A stretch of 64,000 nt of DNA. It comes from Ginglymostoma cirratum. Lineage: Eukaryota. The stretch's first letter is position 1; each line of letters opens with the position of its first letter. Position numbers and translations under genes: made by a program. The stretch is from positions 29,957,476-30,021,475 of the forward strand of contig JAHRHZ010000021.1 of NCBI GenBank assembly GCA_024137785.1. The letters run 5' to 3'. A model generated the notes under the pieces. That model made no database searches. It saw only the letters and a program-made list of their open reading frames with translations, and was not told the DNA's origin. Shown here piece by piece: positions 50,605 through 63,607 of this stretch.

Positions 50605-52420
50605 ACGTGAGTTTAGAAGAATGAGAAGTGATTTCATTGAAATATATAGGATTCTTCCAGAGCTTGATGAGGTAAATGCTGAGAAGATGTTTCCCCTCAT
50701 GAGAGAGTCAAGGACCAGAGGGCATAAATTTAGAATAAAGAAGTGCCAATTTAAGACTGAAGTGCAGAGGAACCTCTTCTGTCAGAGAGCCGAGAGTCGT
50801 TTAAACTCTTTGCCAAAGGGAGAGCTTGAATATAAAAACAGGGATGTACTACTGAGGCTTTATAAGGCTCTGGTCAGGCCACATTTGGACTATTGTGTGC
50901 AGTTTTGGGCCCCATATCTCAGGAAAGATGTACTGGCCCTGGAGCGGGTTCAGAGGAGGTTCATGAAAATGGTCCCAGGAATGGATATGAGGAACGTTTT
51001 AGGATTCTGGGACTATACTCATTGGAGTTTAGAAGGTTGAGGGGGGATCTAATTGAAACTTTCAATTCTGAAACTTTCAGAATATTGAATGGCCTGGACA
51101 AAATGGATGTTGAGAAGATCCTTCCATTGGTAGGAGAGTCTAGGACGCGAGGGCACAGCCTAAGAGTAAAAGGAAGGCCTTGAGGAGATAAGGAGAAACT
51201 TCTTCAGCCAGAGGGTGGTGAATCTATGGAATTCACTGCCACAGAAGGCTGTGGAGGCCAGGTCATTGAGTGCATTCAAGACTGAGATTGATTTTCAAGG
51301 GGATCAGGGGTTACGGGGAGAAAGCAGGAGAATGGGGTTGAGGAACTTATCAGCCATGATTGAATGGAAGAGCAGACTCAATGGGCCGAATGGCCTAATT
51401 TCTGCTTCTTATGGCCTGTGGGAGCAGAGTCATAGAGTCATACAACATGGAAACAGACTCTTTGGTCCAACTAGTCCATGCCGAACATAATCCCAAACTA
51501 AACTAGTCCCACCTACCTTCCATACCCTAACCACTCGGTGTGTGAAAAAGTATTTTCTCACATCACCCTTGCTTCATTTACACGTCATTTTAAATCTATG
51601 TTCCCTTGTTCGTATTTCTTTCATGAGCAGGAACAGCTTCTTCCTACCTATTCTGTCCAGCCCACTGATGATTTTGAAGACCTCTAACAAATCTCCTCTC
51701 AGTCTTCTTCTCTCCAAGGAAGACAGTCCCAGCTTCTTCGTCATGTTATCATAACTGAAGTTTCTGATTCCTGGAACCATTCTTGTAATTCACTTCTGCA
51801 ATTCCTCCAATGCATTTGCATCTTTCCTATAATGTAGCAACCACAATTGTACATAATGCTCCAACTGAGGTCTAAAAAGTGTCTCGTACATACTCAACAT
51901 CAACTCCTTGCTTTTGTACTGTATGTCCCTACTAATAAAGACTGAGAACACTGCTTCCTTTATTAACTGCTCTCTCCACCCGTACTGTCAGCTTCAATAA
52001 TCGGTGCACATATGCACTCAGGTCTCTCTGCACCCCTCCCCCACCCCATTTAGAATTGTAACCCTTATTTTGTGTTGTCTTTCTATGTTCTTCCAACTAA
52101 AGTACATTGCTCTCACCCGGCATTGAACCTCATTTGCCACCTATCCTGTACTTCACAAATTTGTCAATGTCCTTTTGGAGTTCCACATTGTCCTCTCCAC
52201 AGTTTACAGTTCTTCTAAGTTCAGTGTCATCGGCAAACTGAGAAATTGTTCCCTATGCAACAAGATCTAGATCATTAATATATATAAGAAGCAAGGGTCC
52301 CAATACAGACCCCTGGGGAACACCACTACAAACCTTCTTCCAACCCAAAAAATATCCAACGAACATTACTCTATTTCCTATTACTCAGCCAATTTAGTAT
52401 CCAAGTTGCTATTCTTTTGA
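50605..52420. mobile_element. Cluster of CR1 3' fragments: two + pieces (50605-51420) tail-to-tail with a - piece (51425-52420)
   Basis: [24 protein letters not shown] on +; LSSLERRRLRGDL and [11 protein letters not shown] on -. Confidence 0.88.
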
Positions 52421-52519
52421 ACTCAATCCCATTGATTCCGAGTGAACATATTTTTGAGACCAACTTTGCAGAAATTATAGACCACTTACAGTCTCTTAAA
52501 AATTGTTTTTTTTCTAGTG

Positions 52520-54560
52520 TTTCCTACTAATACCATGAGTTATTGGGGTAGTGCCCTGGAAATCAAGCCCCACTTTTCCGACATCCCCAAAATATGAAGA
52601 TTTAATGAGACTAGCAAAAAATTCCAATTTACCTCTAACTGATTGCGACTCAGGATAAAAGTAAACCACACCAGGTTCCTTCAGCAACAATAACAAATAA
52701 TTCTATTTAATCTGTAACTTTAACAAAAACAACAAAACAATGGGATTCCTAATGTATGTAACTTAAACTTTACCTCTTTTAAAATTCCAACACAGACATA
52801 CAAAAATAAAAGACATAAGTATCAGGAGTGGGGGAGAAATAGTAGTCAGGAGAACTCAGTCCTGTATCACCAGTTCCAATCGCAAAACTTGCTGGGTTAG
52901 TTTATTTCGATTCTTCAATAACACCTCCTTATTATCTGCACAGTGATGATTAATTTGTAGTTCACTGGTTGCTTGTTTGGATCCAGGGTCATTATGATTG
53001 TCCTTGGGTTTTAGACTTATTCCTTTTGGGGCTTCCAAATGTAGTTTTTCGGCATGTTTGACAGAAGATTAAAGAGCCGGTTTACGGGCAAAGGAAAGAG
53101 AAAAAGATTTTATGAAGTTCTTGCTTCTTTCTGTTTCAGTTCTCTCACAAGGGATGTGTTAAGCTGCAACCTGACCAATCATAGACCTGTTATTACACTG
53201 AGCTCTCCTGAACCCATAACGATAGGTATTAGTTTGTTTGAACTAAATGTCCCCAAAAGGTTAGCTTGTTTAATATGCATCAGTAGCTTCACTTGTTCTT
53301 CCGAGCTAGAAACAACTCTTTGCACTTTATGCCCTTAAAGTAGCATCCATTTTTCATATTTTTAGTTTGTAGTCAAAAAACAAAAATGGTCTGGTTGCTT
53401 ACATTGACAATAAATATTACCGAGACCATTGTAACAAGCTGAAATCAGATAATTATCCAACACCATATGTACCCTATTATCATTGCAATGTTTAGGAAAA
53501 ATAGAAAAGAATGAAAACTATCTTTCAGATGACTGTGGGCAACAGTTACTCTCAGGTCATTAGTAGTTGGCCTGTGCTCGTTGATTAAAAAGATTCAGGG
53601 GGCAAGAGATTGACACAATACAGATTGCCAGACTCAAAAAAAGTCTATCAATAAGGTGCTTGGAGTCAGGGAGTAGTGCCTAACAGTCAGCTATAATCTT
53701 CAAATGGAAGATGGACCAGAAGAGTTTAAGGAAAGGTCTAGGGAAGAGTCTCCTAAATTCCATTCAGCTAGAAAGGAGGATGCTGCCTTCACAACTTTAA
53801 TGAGATTGAAGCACCATGCCAACTACCTGTCCATCCTTTGGTATCAGTGAAACTTCCTTAATTTTCAAAGATTGTATTCTTTTTTGTCTAATTAACCAGT
53901 GTATCATATCTAAACTGCTGCCTCTTAACAAATTTTGTAAGCTATCAAAAAAAGCCCTTAGGAATGATTGACTGCCCATATTAGAACTGAACCCCAAACC
54001 CCATATTCTTATTTGGACTATATGGTGGGACCTTTCTTTTCATTCTCTCCATTTTGCAATTCACTTTGTATTTTTCTTTCTCATTTCTCTTTCTTTTTAT
54101 TCTAATTCAAGATATGTTTTCATTTTTAAATGAATTTTCATTAATTCTAACAATGACATTTCAATTTCAAGTTTCACTCCTTTTTAATCTGCATACTGAT
54201 ATACTTTAAGTACCCAATCCTCAGAAGCTTCTCCATTTATCCGTACCTTCAATTTATCAGATAACTCTCTCAGTGTAGCCTTAGTTAAAGATTTCAAAGA
54301 ATCCACTATTATATTTTTTTACTCCCAGCAAAGTTCAAACAGCAGTCAAAGCTATTCTGAAATTCTAATCCATGTAACATAGTTCATAATAAATCCTGTT
54401 TTTATGTCCCGTACTTCCCAGTACTCCATTCTTTAAAAAGTTACAGATCGTTCTTAAAGACTGTCCATATTTTTATAATTTCTGCTGATGGCAGTACCAA
54501 ACATGTCAGATTCCAGAGTGAAATCTGACCTGTTAAACCTCAAGTTTTATTTTTGATATT
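52520..54560 (-). mobile_element. Probable LTR and gag-leader remnants of a Gypsy-type element (similar LTR-like sequence at 47340-48900)
   Basis: Composition and a weak gag-like remnant (LTKATLRELSDKLK). No RT motif seen. Confidence 0.35.
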
Positions 54561-55349
54561 TAACTATTTTGGTAATCAGTCACTTAAAATATCCATACAT
54601 GGATGTCAATGTACCTTAATCCAAAGAATGTAAACTTATTGCACAAAAGACTCAACCCCAGTGAAGTTTCACTCCTGTCTTTACACTTACTTGCTTAACT
54701 GATGAAGTTGCAAGCCTTTTTCTTCAGCAACTTCATGTACATTCAACAGACGTGTTTCTCTCCATTATACCCTGAGACAAATAGATAAGCTAATTCATTG
54801 ACATTTTCGGACTTTGACTCTTTAAAGCTGCCAGACAGCACATTTGCTGGTCTGGAACTTTTCTCCCAAACTGAACCTGCTTCTGGCCTCTGGACCCATT
54901 TTTTTTGTAGGTTATGCAAACACAGTTTAGTAAACACTTCAGCAGTTACCTCACCAGGTAACTTATCCATTTACTTACGCTTAAGTCACATGGTTTCTTT
55001 GGAAAAATAGTTTTGGTCCACTGTTAAAAATAATTAGTTTCTGACCTGAAAACAAAAGCCCATCCAGCTCTACTTTAGACCCTGAGAGCCCAAATAGTGA
55101 TACTATATTGTAAACCTCCATCACTTTTCTGTTTTTCAATCAATTAAAGGTTTTTTTTTAGTTTAATGCTATACTCAGACCAATTATGACTTGTTTGGCC
55201 TGCTGCATCACCTATCATTTTTTATGTGAAATGTCTAGTATAATTTTAAATACCAATGAGATAACAGATGACATGATTCTCACATCATTAAGACAGTTCG
55301 AGAGATGCCATCGCATCGGGAACAAATGCAAAGGAAGAACTCTTAGACA

Positions 55350-55670
55350 CTACACATGGTGGCTCAGTGATTAGCACTGCTGCCTCACAGCACCAGGGAC
55401 CTGGGTTCAATTCCATCCTCGGGCGACTGTCTGTGTGGAGTTTGCACATTCTCCCCATGTCAGCGTGGGTTTCCTCTGGGTGCTCCTGTTTCCTCCTACA
55501 GTCCAAAGATGTGCAGGCTAAGTGGATTGGCTATGGGAAATTGCCTGTTGTATTCAGGGATGTGTAGATTAGGTGGGTTATAGGGGGATGGGTCTGGGTG
55601 GGATGCTGTCAGGGTTGGTGTGGACTTGTTGGGCGGAAGGGCCTGTTTCCACACTGTAGGGATTCTATGA
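55350..55670 (+). mobile_element. HE1/V-SINE
   Basis: A/B boxes, V-domain and tail ending GGGATTCTATGA. Confidence 0.9.
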
Positions 55671-58589
55671 ACTACACTAGAGAGCTGTATGAAGTAACAT
55701 GCAACATACAGATGTTAATGAGTGTCACAGTGCATCAGGGGCATTATTACTTAAAGAGAAGGAGTCAACAACTTAAGACATATCGCATTTGTGGACACCC
55801 ACAGTCCAGATTCACTAAGGACAAGAACCTAGATGTGCTGGTAACCATATTAACTTAAAGTATATAATTAAGCACAATGCTTGTGACAGTGTTACATACT
55901 CATGTGCTAGTTACAATATTTTTACATCTATTTGTTGACCAATGTCTTGTGAGGTTCTGACTAGGCAGTGACAAAATGCCAATTGATTTGGGTCAACACT
56001 TGTTAAACATTTTGTTAACACTGCAGTTTTCCCCATAGAGATTCACAACTCCATCTCGCCAAACTTGGCAGGTGAGCTAGATATCAGGAAAACGCGACAA
56101 GAAAACCAGATTGATACCTGATGGAATAAGCTCGCTGCCTTCTCCGTGTTGGCTGCAACTAGGGTACAATCCCTGGGCACCCGCCACACTCACTCCTCCT
56201 CCATGAACATTGGCAATCAACATCTGTTAGCCTATCATGATTCCTGATATTTCTATTGTGTGTTAGCATTGTATTCTGGAAGCACAGCCTTGCAGGGCAC
56301 ACCAGCAGCTTATATTAAAAAGCCACATCAAGGAAACTTCATACACACACAGCCATTCAGCTCATAGTCTTGACCAGACTGCATCTTGGAGATGTTTGCT
56401 TGCTCTCCTACCACTTACTCACTTAGTATATGCCTGCTTGCTCATAGCATCCCTTCTTTGTCTTTTCTGGTCTTACATCATCATGCTATGCCTATTATCA
56501 CAGTCACAAAAATAGGCAGCTTGCCTTGCTGCTAAACAGTCTTCAGCCTAGGGAGTGCACATCTTGTTGTGCAGCACTACACTACGTTAGTCTCAACCTT
56601 CACCATTTGCCAGCAACTGAGGCAATAAACATGTACTGCATGTGCAGCAAGCACACACTCATATATCCAGCTATAAATGGGGTGTAGATGTCAATGAAGT
56701 CCAAGAGGTATCTGTCAGTCAGAGGTTCCCAGCAGATTAAATGAAGGGCAGCCTTCCATACTAGTCCAAGGGATTGGCCATACACAGGTGTTCAGTTATG
56801 GGAGTCTTGGTCAGGGGGTCCATCCCCCTGCAGTGCAAAGTGTAGGCCATGGTCAGTCCATTACAGTGGCAAGTCTGGGGGTTAGGGCTAATGCAGCTGG
56901 GGAGATTTTTACGCAGCAGTCAGGGGTTTATGCACATCTTGCCTGAGGTTGTATTGTTATGTTGGTCGAAAGGGTGCAGCAAGGGCACAGTACAATTGTG
57001 AAGAGGGATAGCAGCATTTCAAAGGACGTGATACTGTAAAGCATGGCGTGGAAAGTTGCAATGAGGGAGGAGGGGTCATCCACAGTTAGTTGCATCCTGT
57101 TTTCATGGGGAATGTGAATGACCACACCAGGCAAAAACACCTCAAATGCCAGGGTCTGGGTGGAAGAGTAGGCTTGTTCAGGTGAATGCAGACTGGATGG
57201 GTATTTGTATGTGTGATTCCAATGCATTTGATGGGATGGCCATTAGAAAGAGAATATGGATATTTGGGGGCTGACTAACACTTTCAGGCTTAGGCTGGAA
57301 GCCACTAGAAGAGGAGAGTTCACAGTTGCCTTCCATTGTGCTGGAAATTAAAAGAGCGCAACGGGAAGAATATAACTGTGAGCACACTCAAAATGGTTGG
57401 GGTAAATGATTCAGCTATGATGGAAGGGGCTACAGAAAACATCATTCAGAGGGCTTTTAAAGAGGAACATTATAGTTCACAGATCCATGAAATGTCTATC
57501 ACACAGGCTTGTAGGCTATCTACTCCTTGGCCATTCTACAACATTGACCCACTCTGTAGATGAGATCTCCCTGGCACAGCCACTGTTAGTCAAATGTGCG
57601 GTAGATACATAATAGCTGCACACAGAGGGATCTAAGCATTATGGATCTTCATTAGGAGAACCAAAGGTGTCTGTAGCAATCAATGCCATGTGTATGTGTT
57701 GTCCCCCCTGCTGTAGTTATCAACAATAGGCTCTAAAAAGAAACCTCTTGTGTGACTATGAACTGCTGCCAGATGGTGTGATACTGTGTTGAACACCTAC
57801 AAGAGACACCCAAAAGCAATGCTCGAAAGTTACAGTCAACAACATTTAAGTACAAAGTTCTTCACCTATGCCACCAAAGTGTCCTAAGTATGTTTTCTTC
57901 TTTCTGTTCCTCCCATTACATCTAAACACATTGCCTAGGTCAGCAGATTAAATAGATGGAGCCTGCTCTGATACACAGGCCAGTGGTCCTTGAGGTTTTG
58001 CAGAACAACCCTTGACTGTTTGTGTGTAGACAGGCCAGATATGCTAAGGGTCTTTTTACCAGAGACCAGTTGACTCTCCTGGGCTTGAACTTCCAAGGAG
58101 CAGAGGAGGAAAGGCAGGATAGAGGCAGCGGGTTCTGACCACCTCCACAGTGTCCTAAATGGAAAGTGCTGTGTGTGATTTCTCCTCTGGTTGGGTGTCT
58201 TCTTGCACCATCCTGCCTCCTTGTGAGGAGGGCATCTGGTTGAGGTCAAGGATCCCATTCTCCACACCAAGCCTTCAGTCCTGTGGGACAATGGAAGAGC
58301 AGGTGTATGCAGCTCACCAGCAGCCCTGAGGGTGCTGGGCCTGGCTCCCAGTGAGAGGGCAGACAGACATTCACTTGACTCACTGCACTAATGCAGCTTT
58401 TGGGCAATAAGGAACATTGTGTCCTACATACCTGTCTGCTGCTGCTGCTCCCCGCTGTGCAGCTGTATGAAGTCTCTGACTGCTGATGTCACAGGATCCT
58501 CTCCCACCTGGGACTGAGCACATGCCTGGTCTCCAGCAGTTCTGAGTGCTAGTGCCCTAGGCCATTTCAGCCAGCTGCCATCATAAGGT

Positions 58590-58945
58590 CGTGTCTTTAC
58601 CCCTGGACCGAGATGCCTGGATTCATGTCCCACGTGCTCCAGAGGTGTGTAATAACATTGTGAGCTGGTAGATTTGTAAAAATAGTTAAATTTTAAAAAT
58701 TGAAAATATATAAGCGGCATCAGGGGAGTGACTCTTATGATGCAGTGGTAGTGTCCCTACCATTCAGCCAGAAGGCCCAGATTCAAGACCCACGTATACC
58801 AGAGGTATGTCATAACATGCCTGAACAGGTAGGTTATTTAAAGCAGATTCAAGAATGGGCATGTGGTGGCATAGTGATTATTGGTCTACTAATCCAGGTC
58901 TTCAGGCTAATGGTGAGGAAATATGGGTTCAAATCTCACCATCTC
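58590..58945 (+). mobile_element. Three adjacent short tRNA-derived SINE pieces (related copy at 35005-35105)
   Basis: GTAGTGTCCCTACC...GATTCAAGACCCAC...CCAGAGGT.TGT.ATAACAT..CTGAACAGG occurs twice, followed by a head ending GGTTCAAATCTCACC. Confidence 0.65.
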
Positions 58946-59729
58946 AGCTACAAGAAGCAGTTTAGTGACACTGCAGAGTTCGTGGATCTGGTATATATTA
59001 GTTGTGGGTGATTACACTCCTTTTTAGTTATTTGAAAAATACTGCGCTTTTAGTTGCACTTCAGCCCTACACTTCTGATCTTTGGGGATCCAGTGATCGG
59101 AGGACCTCCTTGTGGACCTGATCCTGGGCAGTGCACCTGGCCTTGGAGAAGGGGCTCACTATGGGTGAGATCCACTTGCCAGTGAACCCCTTGGAGGTGA
59201 CAGCATAAAAGCTTGTGTTCTCCAATGTCCTGCCATTTGTTGCCACTGAGCTCTTCCTCCCCAAATGGCGGCAGCCAGGGGAGGTGAGGTTGGAGATGGT
59301 GCCCATCCCATTGAGGCTGAAGGACAGCAGCCTCCGGCATGACTACTCCTTCTAGCACCAGGTCTTCATCAGCTTGGCCCTGGAGGAGGTGACTGAGAGG
59401 GCCTTCACTATGCTCCACAAGGGGACTACACATCACACTTTCTGGATGGCAGATCACATGTGGTATCACCCACGCAAGGAAGTGGGAAACATTATAAAGA
59501 ATTACCCCACTTCTAAGGTGATCAAAGCCATACCACTGTTGCGCCTGCACCCCAGCCTGGGAGCTGGGCCTAACCCAAAGGTTGCTGTCATTATGGGCTC
59601 CAGCAGGAAGGAGGTGAGTGTCTGGGCAGAAGGAAGGCGCAATGCAACACAAATCAACTGGAGGTGCCCACCCACCTCACCCCTACCCTAGAATCAAAAC
59701 ACTCCTTTGGCCAAACTTGCCTTGCCCTG

Positions 59730-60047
59730 GCACAGTGATCCTGAGCCTCGTTCCCGGCCCTCACACCTGAGCATGGTGATCCGGAGCCCTCACACCTCAA
59801 TGCGGTGATCCCGAGCCCTCACACCTCAGCACAGTGATCCCGAGCCCTCACACCTCAGCATGGTGATCCCGAAACCTCACACCTCAATGCGGTGATATCG
59901 AACCCGGTCCCCAGCCCACACCTCAGTACAGTGATCCCAAGCCCAGTCCCCGGCCCTCACACCTCAGTGCAGTGATCCCGAGCCCGGTCCCTGACCCTCA
60001 CACCTCAGTGCGGTGATCCCAAGCCCGGTCCTCGGCTCTCAACCTTA
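59730..60047. repeat. 29/41-bp minisatellite (continues at 61040-61095)
   Basis: About 9 units of CCTCACACCTCAGCACAGTGATCCCGAGC, with or without a 12-bp CCGGTCCCCGGC insert. Confidence 0.92.
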
Positions 60048-61038
60048 CGCCTGTGACCGGTGGTGTTCCACAGGGATCAGTTCTGGGTCCTCTTTTATTT
60101 GTCATTTATATAAATGATTTGGATGAGAATATAGAAGGCGTGGTTAAGTAAGTTTGCGGATGACACCAAAATTGGTGGCATTGTAGACAGTGAAGAAGGT
60201 TTTCTAAGATTACAAAGGGATCTTGATCAAATGGATCAATGGGCTGAAAAATGGCAGATGGAGCGCAATCTGGATAAATGCGTGGTATTGCATTTCGGTA
60301 CAATAAACAAGGGTAGGGCCTTGGGTAATGTTGTAGAACAGAGGAACCTAGGGCTCCAGGTACATAATTCTTCAAAGTTTGCGTCACATATAGACAGGAT
60401 GGTTAAAAAGGCGTTTGGCACACTTGCCTTCATTGCACAGTCCCTTTGAGTATAGGAGTTGGAATGTTGTGTTAAGATGGTACAGGACATTGGAGAAGCC
60501 TCTTCTGGAATAAGGTCACCCAGTTATAGGAAGGATATTATCAAGCTGGAGAGGATTCAGAAGAGATTTACCAGGATATTGCCAGGTATAGAAGGTTAGA
60601 ATTATATGGATAAGGTGGGACTTTTTTTACTGGAGATGGGAGGTTGAGAGGTGACCTGATAGAAGTTTATAAAATAATGAGATGTATAGATAGAGTTGAG
60701 GGTAGTGGTCTTTTCCCTCAGATTGGGAATTTCAAGAGTAGGGGGTTCATTTTTACGGTGAGAGGAGAGAGATTTTAAAAAAGACATAAAAGGCAAATTT
60801 TAGAGGGTGGTTCACATGTGAAATGAACTTCCCAATGAAGTGGTGGGTGTGGGTACAATTACAATGTTTAAAAGACATTTGGATGGATACATGAATAGGA
60901 AGGGTTTGAACGAATAAAAGGTACTTGAAGGGATATGGGCCAGGAGCAGGCAAGTGGGACAAGTTTAGTTTGGGATTTAGTTTGGCATGGACTGGTTGGA
61001 CCGAAGGGTCTGTTTCCATACTATATGACTCATGACAC
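60048..61038 (+). mobile_element. 5'-truncated CR1/HER1 inserted in the minisatellite
   Basis: [22 protein letters not shown]...KFADDTKIGG and the 3' tail GGACCGAAGGGTCTGTTTCC...ATGA. Confidence 0.92.
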
Positions 61039-62409
61039 TGTGACCTCAGCACAGTGATCCCAAGTCCAGTCCCTGGCCCTCACACCTCAGCACAGGCAAT
61101 CCGTGACCTGCCCCTGCATTTGCCCTTCTTCACCACAGCACAAGGGCCCCCAGTCGAAGCCAGAGATTACAGCGATGGTCCTCCCTGGATTCGTCACTCC
61201 CCCAGCCTTCCCATGGCCTGTTGTGTTTGTTACGAGGCTTGTGGGAGGTGCAAGAAACCAAAGAAGGCTGCTATTATGACCAGAAAGAGGCACCACTCCC
61301 TGCAGGTGGGAGAACATTGTCACCTGCAGGATGAAGTACCTGTACCTCCACTGGGAGAGAGCTGGCAATGCCTCTTTCCCCCTCCCGCTTTGTCACCAGG
61401 TCTGAGGTCATGGCCTGTCTAGTCAGGTGCTTCGGTACAGTGCAGTAGGCCTTCCCACCCCCAGAGACAAATCGGTGACTTGCAAGGACCACAACGCTGG
61501 TACTGTGACCATTATCGAGTTATCACTTGGTCTTGAAGAGGATGCTGATTTCTTGCCTCCCTCCCAGACATTTTTACTGGGTGCCATGATTTTGGGGTGG
61601 ACCTTTTCCCTGAGAGGCCAGGTGACCCAGCGTCAGAAGAGGAGTGAGACCCTGAAATTCTGCCACTCCATGACCCAGAATCTGCCCCAATGGAATCCAC
61701 AGCCTCTGATCCTGGGGTTGGTGACACTGGGGGAATAGATCTGGCTGACAGCACCGTACCATCCTTAACTCTCACAGTGGGAGAAGAGTTGAGGCTGAGG
61801 ACAACCACCTGGAGGAGCTTGAGCGCTCAGTGGGAGACCCTGTGGATGACACAGAGTCAGTCTGTAATGAGGTTATGGATTCCCTAGTGTCCCCCACTTC
61901 CTTATCGCCCTGAGGAATTCCAGGAGTTTCTGGGGCATCACAACAGAGTCCTGCTGGCTTTGGACCACTGAAACAATTTTGAACTGGTCTTCTGATCTGC
62001 CTGGGCAGTTAAGAACACCACTGGGATGGTCCAGAATGATTAGCAGCAATCCGGAATGTTCCTCAGTCGATTTCTGAAGGAGGTAAAGGCCCTGTATGCT
62101 GTTTCTCCTTCCACACTCTGAGGGTGATGGTGACGGTTGCATAGTGCTGCTGACATGAAGATAATCATAGCCAGCTTCAACAACAACATTGAGGAGGAAG
62201 TTGAGGAACTTGATCAAGTACAACCAGGATATCTGAATTAATACCATTTTAAATAACAAGTAACATTGAAGAAATACAAACATGCTTGCAAAAGTGTGAT
62301 GGACATAACATGATAGCTAAAATTTGCGGATAATCAAGTAATGTGTTATATGAAATAAATTTCAGACAGGAAGTGCATGTTCATGGAAAACTCTGCATTT
62401 TTCATATAG

Positions 62410-62780
62410 TGGCAAAGCCTGTCCACCACTTACAAGCCGCATATCAGCAGTATGATAGAAAACTCCCCACTTGCCTGGATTGGTGCAGCTCCAGCACAAA
62501 ACATATGACCCATCCACAAAACAGCCCACTTGATTAGCACCACATCCACCCCTCCCCTACCACAAATGCTCAGTAGTAACAGTGTGTGCTATCTACAAAA
62601 CACGCTGCAAACTTTTGCCGAAGATCCTTAGACAGCACCTTCCAAATCCATTACCACTTGCATCTAGAAGGACAAGGGCAGCAATACATGGGAATATCAC
62701 CGTTTGCAAGTTCTCCTCCAAGCCACTCACGATCCTGACTTGGAAATATGTCAGCGTTCCTTCGCTGTTGCTGGGTCATA
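62410..62780 (+). mobile_element. CR1-like family A 3' fragment
   Basis: CCTGTCCACC...GATCCTTAGACAGCACCTTCCAAA...CCAAGCCACTCAC shared with the other copies. Confidence 0.8.
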
Positions 62781-62921
62781 CTGTCTGTCATACATTGCTA
62801 TTTAACACAGACACAAAGCCAAGAAGTTTTTCATTATTGTCAGCAGTCCTCAGTTAAGTCAAGGGAGACACCTTTCAGTCAAGGGGTCCCAGCACAGTAA
62901 GTAAAGGGCAGCATCTGATAC

Positions 62922-63565
62922 CAATCCACAGGCTTGGAAACGGACAATCAGCCACTTGGGGCAGTTAGGGTTAGGTTCCTCTCACTATAAGAGATGAGGA
63001 GCCAAATGTTGAGCACCACACCACCTATCTCGGCTCTGTCTGCCCGATTATGAGCTGTTTTTTTTCCCTGGAGTAAGAGAAAGATTGAAGAAAATGATAG
63101 AGGGTCGCATAGATGTTAGTGCTAGTGCAAATGTTAGAAATGTGGTGAGATGTCCTGCATGAGGCAGGTCAGAGGCCATGCAGACTTAGCAGTGTGGGGG
63201 TTGGGGGAGAGTTTAGAGCAATTGAGGGAAGATGTTGCATGTGATAGTGAGCATGGTAGAGCATATGCCTTCATGGGACGTAGGTGCAGTAGCAAAGATA
63301 GAGTGAGTCTAAGTTATCAGAGAGAAGAAAGTGGCACTTACCTTGGTGAAGCAGCAAAGGTCATTGACCTTCTTCCTAGACTGTTGAGCATTCCTCCAAA
63401 TGGTTGAGACTACTCTGACCCAGATAGCAACTTGATCCCAGGCTAGTGGGGCCTGATGTTGTGGCCTTCTCTGTCACTTCTGGTGGAAGAGAAGGCCTAC
63501 CTCTGCATCATCCTATCCACCAGGTCCTCCACAAAGTGTAGCGCCAAATTCCCCTTACCTGCCAG
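62922..63565 (-). mobile_element. Decayed Myb/SANT (trihelix) gene of a PIF/Harbinger transposon, two exons (~63342-63565, ~62922-63067); likely continues at ~57930-58590
   Basis: Minus-strand AWDQVAIWVRVVSTIWRNAQQSRKKVNDL|GTAAG intron, then CCAG|..KTAHNRADRAEIGG (typical 'KxxHNxxERxxTGGG'). Contains stops and frameshifts. Confidence 0.6.
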
Positions 63566-63607
63566 GTCTGAAGTTAAAATCATGAACTGCACAGCCAGGC
63601 TCCAGGC

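Larger units (their letters stand above)
58945..62000 (+). mobile_element. Tx1 (L1-clade) LINE remnant: ORF2 C-terminal piece fused to ORF1, interrupted by a minisatellite and a CR1
   Basis: LHFSPTLLIFGDPV...DLLVDLILG (ORF2 end) is followed directly by AVHLALEKGLTMG...VFSNVLPFV...SLRHDYSF*HQVF and an eroded CCHC knuckle (ORF1). The ORF1 C-terminal EFL...VLLALDH motif lies near 61900-61970. Confidence 0.7.

Noticed and set aside
56400-57800. Possible Harbinger DDE transposase
   Set aside because: Only scattered 3-4 residue resemblances with no consistent frame or motif order.
59730-60047. Repeated CACAGTG (RSS heptamer) and a CRISPR-like periodic array
   Set aside because: There is no ACAAAAACC nonamer at 12/23 spacing, no V/J segments, no unique spacers and no cas genes; it is a plain minisatellite in vertebrate DNA.
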